From the human T2T-CHM13v2.0 reference genome, Homo sapiens, in assembly GCF_009914755.1 (NCBI RefSeq), contig NC_060945.1: a DNA stretch of 64,000 bases, one strand, 5' to 3'. Under the pieces are notes generated by a model. That model was not told the DNA's origin. It did not search any database and saw nothing but the letters and a program-made list of their open reading frames with translations. Shown here piece after piece: positions 45,453 through 56,900 of this stretch; within the stretch, counting starts at the first letter, position 1, and every line of letters begins with the position of its first letter. The translations under genes and the position numbers were made by a program.

Positions 45453-45986
45453 TAGTATCATTCACATAAAAGTTAAAACCAGTAGTAGTTTCATAGTTGT
45501 TCTTCCCTCCCTGACTGCCATATCTACAAGGTCTTATTTCTCTGAGATTTCTATAAAAAAATTCATGATGAGCCAAACTTATTGGTAGAATCAGGTTAAA
45601 ATGAATATATCTTGGGCGGAGTGTATATGGATGAAGTAAATCTGGTGGTTTATGAACTTTTCTAGGTGAATAAGATTTTATTTGAGGAAATGGTTTACTT
45701 TGGAAATTATCCATTCTTAACCCCTCCCCACTCCTGTCCCGGGAGAAACTGATAAAAGTGGAGCTGTTCTGGTGGTAGAGGGTTGGGAGGAGGGCCGCAG
45801 TCCCTCCCTACTCTGCCTCAACTTCACCCATCAGAATACAGCTTCAGCACCATTTGAGTCCAATCAGGGTTTTGTATAATTAATAACTTTTAAAAACTTG
45901 AGGGTGCAAGTTTAATAGAAATGTTTTGTCAAAAAGATTTAAGGGCAAATTCTTTATATTTTAGGGATGGTTAAAACATTACGGTA

Positions 45987-46207
45987 CAGGTTGAATATCC
46001 CGTATCTTAAATGCTTGGGACCAGAAGTGTTTTGGATTGTGGGATATTGCATATTACTTGGTGGCTGAGCATCCCATATCTGAACATCCCAAACCCAAAA
46101 TGCTCCAGTGAGCATTTCCTTTGAGCATCATGTCAGTTCTCAAAAAGTTTTGGATTTGGGAGGAGCATTTCAGATTTTGTATTTTTGCATTAGGGATACT
46201 TAATCTG
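45987..46207. mobile_element. Tigger4a/MER46A-like TcMar MITE
   Basis: TIRs caggttgaatatccc / gggatacttaatctg with TA flanks. Confidence 0.8.
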
Positions 46208-49200
46208 TAGTGTTGTCTTTAGCTCCACTTACAATTTAAAACTGGCTGGAGTTCAGGCCAGTTATATTAGGAAAACCTGTTTTGCTCTTTGTGTTACTGA
46301 TGAACCGCTACAGTATCCTTGCTCCACATTTTTAAAGTAAGCAGGGGTTGAGGACAGTCCTATGTGAGTACACATACACTCTGCATCAAGCGTTAGTAGT
46401 CTATTCCACCACAGGAATTTGCTTTCCTAGAACTTGAGTCAAGGTGACAAAAGTGAAAGCATGTATGAAAAGTCTTAAGAATTTTATATACATTTTTTCT
46501 TTTTGTATTTTACTTGAAGTGATTTAAGTAGGAGCTAATAGTTGATGAGACAGTTGGGAGTCTAAAATGTTTGAGAGAGCTGCATCTTTAATGCATTATT
46601 TTATCTAATTCTTCTATATATAAATAACTTCGGAAGATCCTAATATGCCTTGCACATAGTTGACAGTTTAATTTGAAAGGAACTAATATCACTTCTAGTA
46701 TATTCAGGTTGTAGGGAGTAAACTGACATTTACTGAGCCACCTCCCCATTGCACTGGGCAATACTAGCTTTCTCTGTTACTTATTCCTTATAAATCATAA
46801 GGAGCAAGTTGGTTTCATTTTAAAAGCCAGACAGTTGAGACTTGTTGAGGCTCATAGAGATGAAGTTGTTGCCTGAGATCCTACAGTTAGGAAGTGACGG
46901 AGCATGGAACCCAGCCCTTAAAAACTGTGCTGTTTTCTTCTGTACCGTGCCACCTACATAGATGTGGTACCTACACCCACCTCCCTTCTTACAGAATCAT
47001 GAAATCTGTCTGTTGGGGTGGGGAGAAAACAAGCTTGGGTATGCCCATGTTTTTTGTTTTTGGTAGGTTACACAAAAGTGATTGTAATTCAGGTAATTAG
47101 GTTTTCAGAGGTGTCTGTGTGTTCTATAACCCTTCAATTATTAGCTGGCTAAGTGAATATTTTTCATTTGGATCAGAGGATGAGCAGGGCTCATCAAGCT
47201 TACCATTGACAGAGTGCTGGACTAGGCGTCTCAGATTGTACCTTGAGTGTGTGGTTTGTAAATTGACTCCAAAGCTAAAAGAGGTGGTTGTTTGGTCACG
47301 TTTAAGATTATTGCGTACTACTCTTTGCAGGCCCGCCTGTGTCATTGAACTTATGACTTGAAGCCCTGAGTATAGGAGATAATTTTTCTTGTTCCTTGTT
47401 TGGTTTTTGTGGCAGGTGGTTTTTTATTTTATTATTTTTTTGATAGAGTGCCCATATATCCTGCTGTTTACATATAGTTCCAGAATAAGTTTCTGGTTTG
47501 GAAGATAAATTATATGGTCACCCAGACAGTACTAGAGAGATCTGGTCATGATAACTAATTACATTTTGGTTAACATGGTTATATCACCTGAAGGAGTGCT
47601 TATTTAAATTTGGTCTTACCTTTTTTTCTCTTTCTATTTGGTCAAATGCAGCAAATATTTATATTTACACTTCTCTATTTGGATTAATTCTTCAGTTGCA
47701 ATTTAATTTATCCAGATGCGTGGAATAGAACCAAAACTGCATTCTAATTCTGTGCAAAACAATAAAATACTACTTTCTGAGAAGGATGCCTTCTCTTTTG
47801 GGAAGAAGGGGAATCTGCTCTGTTTCAAAGCACCTTTGTGTTCAAGGTTTGGCTAAATCTGCTCATCACCACTAGGGGACTGTTTCTTTTTGCATTCTAC
47901 AAGTATTACTCCCATTACAGAAGCTTTTTAAGAAAAAAATGGACTACCAAGGAACCCACCTACATGCTTTTCATAACTATACCTATTTTATTGTCTTATA
48001 ATTTTTACTTGAGAGGTTTGCGTGAATGATGAACTGTGACAAAAAGCATATATAAATATAAAAATACAAGTTAAAAAGCCTCATGTTAGCTGAAGATTCT
48101 TCCATGTGTATTCTTATAAAAATAAGGGAACCCTGGACAGTGCTCATTGTATTTTGTTGAAGAAATGTTAACTTCTTTAAAAGGAAGAAAAACATATATA
48201 TATATATATAACATACTGTATATTCAGAACCATTTTTAAGGAATGTAGTTTATCTCTTGAAAGACTGAAATTCAAGGCTGTGACTATGACTAGAGTGTAA
48301 AATATAGCTGCATTGCATTATAGTATTTTATATATTTCTACAAACCAAATTGACCTGTTTTTGGTTTTGTTTTTCCTTTTCCAGTCTTTACCAGGTGCTG
48401 GTCTCTGCATGTGTTTTGTTTAAGTTGGAAAAATCTAGAAACCTACCCACAGACTGGTATGGTATCCAGTGAGAAGGGAACTGTCCGCAGTGGCTTTGAA
48501 GGATCTGAGGAAGCCTAGGCGGAGAGTTGAGAATTCAGCCTTGAGCTAGTGTTAGGCTACTCTCTGCTACCTCTCCTGTGGGCAGAGCGACTTTACTAGA
48601 GAAGTTAGGAGTTAGGGCTAGCATGAGAACTTCATGCAGTTTGAGCATTCATCAGGCAGCAGAATATAGCTTCTATATTTACCTTGCATAAATCAGATTT
48701 GACAATGAAGAACAATGTTACTGATAGTAACAGTGCTTCCCAGTGATTGAGGAAGTGCTTGTTTTCTTTTTCAGCACTTTGTTCTCTGAACAAATAAGCT
48801 GCAGCAGCTACTATGACACATAACCCACCCTATTTCCCCCCCAACGGCCAGATGAAACCAGAAATACCCACTGTGTTTTTCTCTCCCTTCTTTGGAAAGC
48901 ACGTGGTTGCTACTGCCATTGGGAAGAGTGATACCTGATTAGCCAGGTAGCCTTCTGAAAATTGAAACAAGTGGCCTGAGGATGACTTGGATGGCTGTTG
49001 GGTAGCAGAGAGCCCTGGAGGCAGGGTTTCATAACTGCGAACAGCAGTTTTCATTGTAATTGACACAGCAGTTTTCATTGTAATTGACAAGCTTCCCTTA
49101 TGCAGAAACATTTAACGATACCTTTTTAAATAATGTTTACTAGTCATCTGATTAGATTTTATTAAAAATTTAGATGATTCGTCCTACATAATGTCAAAGC

Positions 49201-50935
49201 ATTTGTTTAAAAACTTGGAAGCTTTTGGGGGTGGGGAAGGTGGTCATAGAAATATGATCATCTTCAGGATTTGGCAGGTATGAAGTGATACAAACCTCAA
49301 CTTTTAAGATTTTTTTTTTTTTTTTTGCTTTTCTCTGGCAATCAATCTTATTTATGCCAGCCGTTGACACTTAGAAAGGATTTAAATCACTTTTCATAGC
49401 ATAATTATTGTATTGCTTAATGCTTTAAAAAGGCACGCAGATGGGATTGAGACATTTCTATCCAGGCAGTTTTTTCTGCATTAGACCTAAGAACCTAATT
49501 TTGTAGGGCAGTAGTCTCTAGGCATTATGTTTAGCTCCTTTTGTCAGTGAGAAGTGTGTTGTAAAGTTTCTAATACTGTGGTCTGTTTTGAACGGTTTTG
49601 AGAAGAGGTAGCTTTAGTATAATTTATAGGACTTAAAAGGAAAATGCCTAGAATCATCAGAAAAAGCATGGAAAAACATTCTTCTCTGAGGTTGCCTTAT
49701 TGGAAAAGGAGAAATCATTTAGAAGTTAATGTGTGGAAGGCATTAGGTTGAATAAAAATGTTTTTCGTATTGATCTGTCAGCTGCAATTACAATTAACTG
49801 AAAATTTAGTATTTGTCTCTTTTTCAGGAGAGAAGCCGTCAAATTTTAATACATTTAATTTTAGGTATATTTAAATGTCTGTTTTGCAGAGTGATTATCT
49901 TAATCCAGAACTGAAAAATTCCTGATGGTCCTACTGAAGATTTATCTAATGGTCCACAAATGTCTGTTTTGTTGAGGTTTGGCGGACATAATAATAAATC
50001 ATTTTTTAGTCTTCTGAAAACTTTTCTCCTCCTCCCTCTTTTCTCTGCTTCTTATACCCTTCAACAAAAAGCATTAAAAGGAAAACATAAAATCACGCCT
50101 TTAGTCAGTGCCGTTATCCTCTCAGAGGTTGTTTTGGAAATACTGCGTGATGAAAAGGAAGAGAAGGAAATTGCTTCTTTTAAAGTTTGCTTTTTATCTT
50201 CTTGCAGCATCTTCTAACTGGCAGAAATAATACAATTTTTGAGTTGTTTTGTAAGTTGGATATTTTTAGTTTTGTGTGGAATGTCGTGTTTCCCATTAGG
50301 GCAGGGGGCGTCTCACAAGATCTAGGTTACTGTATGACAACTATATCCATTTACTGGAGTTTAAGAAGCTTTATAACAATACATTTCCAGAGACTAGGCA
50401 GTACTTGGTTTTCTGTATTTAAATTTTCTGAGGGTAGATGATAACATCTAGTAAACACCACCTGCCTGTTCCATCCAGGACCCTAACTGGCCATAAAGTT
50501 ACCCCCAAACTCTCTTAGGATTCATAGTATTTTAAGATTTCATTTTTGTGCCCTTATTACGAATATAATTAGTGTTTTCTCCCCTTTAGGGTGCTTTAAG
50601 ATCTTAGTGCCTGTTCTAATCTGAGACTACCACAGTAAGACAAGAAAGGGCAATGCTGTGGTAGGCAGTTAGCTGCTGAAGTTAGGCCACTTAGTTATGA
50701 GGTTGATGAATTTTTGTCCTTAGTTCAAAATGATAATATTCTCACTGACAAAAGTATCAGCTGTGATCATATAGATTGCTCTTTCCTGTGGAACTGAAGT
50801 GTATTAAAAAAATTTTTTTTTCTTTTTATAAAGAATGTCTTGTTGCGCCGTGTTTGCTAGACTGAAAGTTTCCTCATCACGTGGTGAGACCCTCCTCTAA
50901 TTCAATCTTTGTCTTTTGTCTTTGCTGCCTTGCAG

Positions 50936-53900
50936 GGTTGGTACAGTAGGCTTCACTAGACTTAGCTGCAACTCAGAATTTCTCCTCCAGCACCTGAGTA
51001 AATGCTGATGGTCTTGTGGAGAGTGGATTAAGAGTACGAGCTAAGTTCTCAATCCCAATTAAGAAGCGGAAAATTTAAACTGTCTTCTTCAAAGTTTATC
51101 ACAACCACCACCATCAAGACAGCAAACCAAAGGACAAAGACTTTGACCTGCTGTGTTGCTCTGTGTAGTCCAGTTCACGTATGGTTTACAGACTTGGCTG
51201 GGGTTACTAAAAATAAATAAAAAGTTGGACACTTCTGTCATTGGACGCTATTATTCACAAGTTACCAGAATGAGAGCTGTACTGGACACAGCAGACATTG
51301 CCATAGTGGCCCTGTATTTTATCCTGGTCATGTGCATTGGTTTTTTTGCCATGTGGAAATCTAATAGAAGCACCGTGAGTGGATACTTCCTGGCGGGGCG
51401 CTCTATGACCTGGGTAGCAATTGGTGCCTCTCTGTTTGTGAGCAATATTGGGAGTGAGCACTTCATTGGGCTGGCAGGATCTGGAGCTGCAAGTGGATTT
51501 GCAGTGGGCGCATGGGAATTCAATGCCTTACTGCTTTTACAACTTCTGGGATGGGTTTTCATCCCAATTTACATCCGGTCAGGGGTATATACCATGCCTG
51601 AATACTTGTCCAAGCGATTTGGTGGCCATAGGATTCAGGTCTATTTTGCAGCCTTGTCTCTGATTCTCTATATTTTCACCAAGCTCTCGGTGGATCTGTA
51701 TTCGGGTGCCCTTTTTATCCAGGAGTCTTTGGGTTGGAATCTTTATGTGTCTGTCATCCTGCTCATTGGCATGACTGCTTTGCTGACTGTCACCGGAGGC
51801 CTTGTTGCAGTGATCTACACAGACACTCTGCAGGCTCTGCTCATGATCATTGGGGCACTTACACTTATGATTATTAGCATAATGGAGATTGGCGGGTTTG
51901 AGGAAGTTAAGAGAAGGTACATGTTGGCCTCACCCGATGTCACTTCCATCTTATTGACATACAACCTTTCCAACACAAATTCTTGTAATGTCTCCCCTAA
52001 GAAAGAAGCCCTGAAAATGCTGCGGAATCCAACAGATGAAGATGTTCCTTGGCCTGGATTCATTCTTGGGCAGACCCCAGCTTCAGTATGGTACTGGTGT
52101 GCTGACCAAGTCATCGTGCAGAGGGTCCTTGCAGCCAAAAACATTGCTCATGCCAAAGGCTCTACTCTTATGGCTGGCTTCTTAAAGCTCCTGCCAATGT
52201 TTATCATAGTTGTCCCAGGAATGATTTCCAGGATACTGTTTACTGATGATATAGCTTGCATCAACCCAGAGCACTGCATGCTGGTGTGTGGAAGCAGAGC
52301 TGGTTGCTCCAATATTGCTTACCCACGCCTGGTGATGAAGCTGGTTCCTGTGGGCCTTCGGGGTTTAATGATGGCAGTGATGATTGCAGCTCTGATGAGT
52401 GACTTAGACTCTATCTTTAACAGTGCCAGTACCATATTCACCCTCGATGTGTACAAACTTATCCGCAAGAGCGCAAGCTCCCGGGAGTTAATGATTGTGG
52501 GGAGGATATTTGTGGCATTTATGGTGGTGATCAGCATAGCATGGGTGCCAATCATCGTGGAGATGCAAGGAGGCCAGATGTACCTTTACATTCAGGAGGT
52601 AGCAGATTACCTGACACCCCCAGTGGCAGCCTTGTTCCTGCTGGCAATTTTCTGGAAGCGCTGCAATGAACAAGGGGCTTTCTATGGTGGAATGGCTGGC
52701 TTTGTTCTTGGAGCAGTCCGTTTGATACTGGCCTTTGCCTACCGTGCCCCAGAATGTGACCAACCTGATAATAGGCCGGGCTTCATCAAAGACATCCATT
52801 ATATGTATGTGGCCACAGGATTGTTTTGGGTCACGGGACTCATTACTGTAATTGTGAGCCTTCTCACACCACCTCCCACAAAGGAACAGATTCGAACCAC
52901 CACCTTTTGGTCTAAGAAGAACCTGGTGGTGAAGGAGAACTGCTCCCCAAAAGAGGAACCATACAAAATGCAAGAAAAGAGCATTCTGAGATGCAGTGAG
53001 AATAATGAGACCATCAACCACATCATTCCCAACGGGAAATCTGAAGACAGCATTAAGGGCCTTCAGCCTGAAGATGTTAATCTGTTGGTAACCTGCAGAG
53101 AGGAGGGCAACCCAGTGGCATCCTTAGGTCATTCAGAGGCAGAAACACCAGTTGACGCTTACTCCAATGGGCAAGCAGCTCTCATGGGTGAGAAAGAGAG
53201 AAAGAAAGAAACGGATGATGGAGGTCGGTACTGGAAGTTCATAGACTGGTTTTGTGGCTTTAAAAGTAAGAGCCTCAGCAAGAGGAGTCTCAGAGACCTG
53301 ATGGAAGAGGAGGCTGTTTGTTTACAGATGCTAGAAGAGACTCGGCAAGTTAAAGTAATACTAAATATTGGACTTTTTGCTGTGTGTTCACTTGGAATTT
53401 TCATGTTTGTTTATTTCTCCTTATGAACTTAAGGATATGGTGAGACACTAACTTAAGACAATACTGACTGGTCTTTGGGGAAAAAAAGTTATGTAACTGT
53501 TGCATCTCTCAGGCATTGTTTACGCTGTAGGTTTTAGCCAAATTTTACTTAGCAGAAAATCATCTAATTACAAGACTTTATTTTCCCAGAGATGGATTAA
53601 AGTAAATCTTCAACTTAAGTGAAGCAAAACCTAACAGACTGAATTGTGCAAATGTGGTTTTAAATTTTGCATACCAAAGTAAGAAGAGACCAATTATTCT
53701 CACAGAGCACTTAGAGCAGAATATATGTTAAGTTACCATGAATTAAGGTATACTGTCTGCACTGCCAAGTCTTGGCAGACCTTACCCTGAAGTAGAAGAT
53801 TTGCTCATTTCTAAATTTTTTTTTCTGTCTCTGTAATCCCTCCTACCATTAAGAAAAACTTATTTCTTAGACATTGTACAATCAGTTATGTACTGAAAAT

Positions 53901-56900
53901 CGAATGTGCTTGTGTGATACTTGTTTCAGGACAAGTTCATTTGCCAGGTTCATTTTGTTAGCATGAGCCTACGGATTCTGATTGCCAAAAGAAAGAATGT
54001 TTTCCTGTAGGTATTTTTGTACCACCAGTATATGGAATGTTAGGGAAAAACTTTGTTCCAGTTCCTTTTTTTTTTTCTTTCTACTTTCAAGTTTAAGTGA
54101 ACCATACTGAAATGACCAACAAGTCTGCCTGTAAAGTTACATGTCATGATTGTGTTGTTAAATGATTATGGGGGAGAAAATGAAGTAAATGTTGCTGATG
54201 ATCCCCATATTTATTGATCATATTAAGGTTGTTTATATAGTTTGGAAATGACCAGCCCCCTAAGCAGTGTTTGATTAACTTATGCTAATCAGATGATTAC
54301 TCATATATTCTGCTAATTTTCTAGCTTTATTCTTGTTATTTGGAAAAATTATTAGCCAAATGCCTTCCTAGGTGGATCCAGTTGGAAGATATGTCCAGAA
54401 ACCTGAAGAAAAATTGACGCTGCCTTTGTGTGCTGGATTGCTCTACTTGATTAGATCATGATATATCAAGGTTGAATTTTTAGAGGGAAAATTTAATTCT
54501 GATATCTTATTGCATCCTTGATAAGTTTTTCCCTGATTTTTTTTTTCCTCAAAAGACTTTCCATCTGTACACAGCCTCTACATTTTTGTTGTAGTGACTT
54601 AGAGCATAAGGATGTTTCAGTGCAAACTGGCCGTCGGTAACAGAAAACTCAGTGCATACTTTGCTGTTGTTAGGTTGTCAATATAGTCTTTCTGTAGGAT
54701 GGATAGCATGTTTGAGAGGTGCCAAACAAGAACTTTTGGGGTTAGTAGTGTGTCTTGTGGAGGGTATTACAGGACTGTGTAATTATAGGACTCTAACTTG
54801 ACATGGCTTGGCACCCACTTGCAGCTAGTGGGTACAGGGTACAAAAGATGTTAGAGAAAAGCTCTACAGATTACGTACTTCTGTGTCTTCGTATGCTCAA
54901 CACTGTCCTTTGTCCTCCATGAAAGATGAAGGAAGCAAATTATGTATGTACTTTCTTTGACCTTCTTTAATCTCTGATACTTTTTAGATTGCATGATTTT
55001 ACTAGGCTTGTATTTAGGGAAATTACTTTCATAAATACTTTTGTAGATTTTGAATCAAAACTCAGTCTTTTTAATTTTTTTGTAGTCTATAAACTAGTTT
55101 CATTATGATGGACTTGATTAGTCCAAAGTTAATTTTAGAAATTGTCAGGTAGCATAGTGTCTTCCCATGATCAGGAGGCTTTCTGAAGGACTGAGTCTGT
55201 AAATGAAAAAATAATTTATGTATGAATAGCATGTATTTCTGAAGAGCTTAGAGTGCCTTGTAGAATTTTTTTCTCAATTTTATTCTTGAGGTTTATAATT
55301 TGGGGGCCAAATAGATAGAGCTCATCATTTTCTTGTTTGGAAGTTGAGGCTGCGACATGTCCAAGGTTATGAAGTCTCTTTTGGGAAGAACAGAAACCAG
55401 GTCTCCAAATCTGGACTCATGGTTTGTTCAGATGTGTCTGGACAAATGGTTGTCAATGTTTTGTCCTGTTTTTTCAAAGGAACTGTTCTTCCTTTGGGAC
55501 AACCTTTTGGTGTTTGGGAAAGTAATAAGATCTTGGATTTTTCAAATTAACATTAAGTTGTAAGAACTAAAATTTTCTTTGAACCACATTACTGTGTAAT
55601 TCACTGATAATTGACATATTGGCTGGGCAGCCTATCTCTTCCATATCCAGCGTAAATGAATAGGAGGTGTTTGTGATTTTTTTTTTCTCCCTTTATTTAA
55701 CATTGAGTCCTAGTAGTTTGGAGAATTAGGGTCCCTCTACCTTCTTTCTGCTCTTGTCTTAGTAAGATACATAAGGTACATCATCTTGTGTCTGTGTGTA
55801 TATAGCAGTAGGTCAAGTTTAGAGTACTAAAGTCTGTAAATAAGGAATGACTATTAGCATATTCATTAGAATTGTTTATTCTTGCCAGTATAAACATCAT
55901 TTTATTTAGACTAAAGTCCCTGAAGCTTGTCTTTCTTATTGCTTCCCAGTAATAGATAATGTGCTCGAGTAAGTTTGTGAATTGCTGATTGCAACTTAAT
56001 TCAGGGACCAGTCTTCAATCTATATTTCATTAGAATGATTGTTCCTGGAATGATCATACATGGACTGTCTTAAGCTAGCAAAATGTTCATACTTTACACT
56101 GACTAAATGGGTCCTAAATGATGACATTGGTCTTTAGACATTAACATGTGTATATTTTTATATTAGCTCAAGCTAAGGTTCAGAATTGAAGCTTGATATT
56201 GACTAGAATAGCTAAAAGTCAAAATGAGGTGAGGACACTGGTCTTGGAAGGTAGAGAAAAATAAATGTCTTACCAGGTGTTAATGGTATCCCCAGTTCTT
56301 AGACTTTTGTCTTCTCAGGCAATTTTCATCTCAAGATCTGATGAGAAGGGCATATTACATTGGTATGCAGGATGATTATTGCATATTTTGTGGGACCTCT
56401 AATTTCCCTGGTCATCTTTCAGAATATTCTGTTCTGCCACCCCCAGAGAGTAAACACTTGAGCCGATTTCTTCTTCCCCAGCTATTCTTTCCTGGGGGTA
56501 ATTATGCTTTGTCTTTAGATTAGAGAAGCATCAAGCAATAGCAATGGTGCTGTGTCCTTCGGCCTAAATTCAATAGATCTCATCTCCTAGGGCTTCCTTT
56601 TCACTTGGCTCAAAGGATCCATTGTATTTTGGCACAAAGAGCCTGGCCAGGGTCATGTAGCCATAGCTCTTAGGGATGATACCTCAAGAAATTAGCTGGG
56701 ACCCATCACTCTGTGAAACTTCACATTTTAAGAACTGAGTTGAGGGGGTTGTTATGCACTTCTGTAACTTGAGGCTAAGCAAGGGGTTAACTCTTGTGAG
56801 AGCCAATAGAGTGTGTCTGTATTCGCAGTCCATGGCTCATTTTCTTTATAGTAGGCATATGGATCTTCCCCTCTGACTTTGAATATCATTTGGTGTGGCC

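Noticed and set aside
50878-50883. E-box just upstream of the SLC5A3 acceptor as an internal promoter
   Set aside because: A single hexamer with no CpG island or other core promoter evidence.
51153-51269. 757-aa version of SLC5A3 from the ORF track
   Set aside because: It starts at GTG. The ATG at 51270 has A at -3 and gives the known 718-aa protein.
51251-53404. Antisense and alternative-frame ORFs over the SLC5A3 CDS (up to 177 aa)
   Set aside because: Shadow ORFs of a real coding sequence with no independent evidence.
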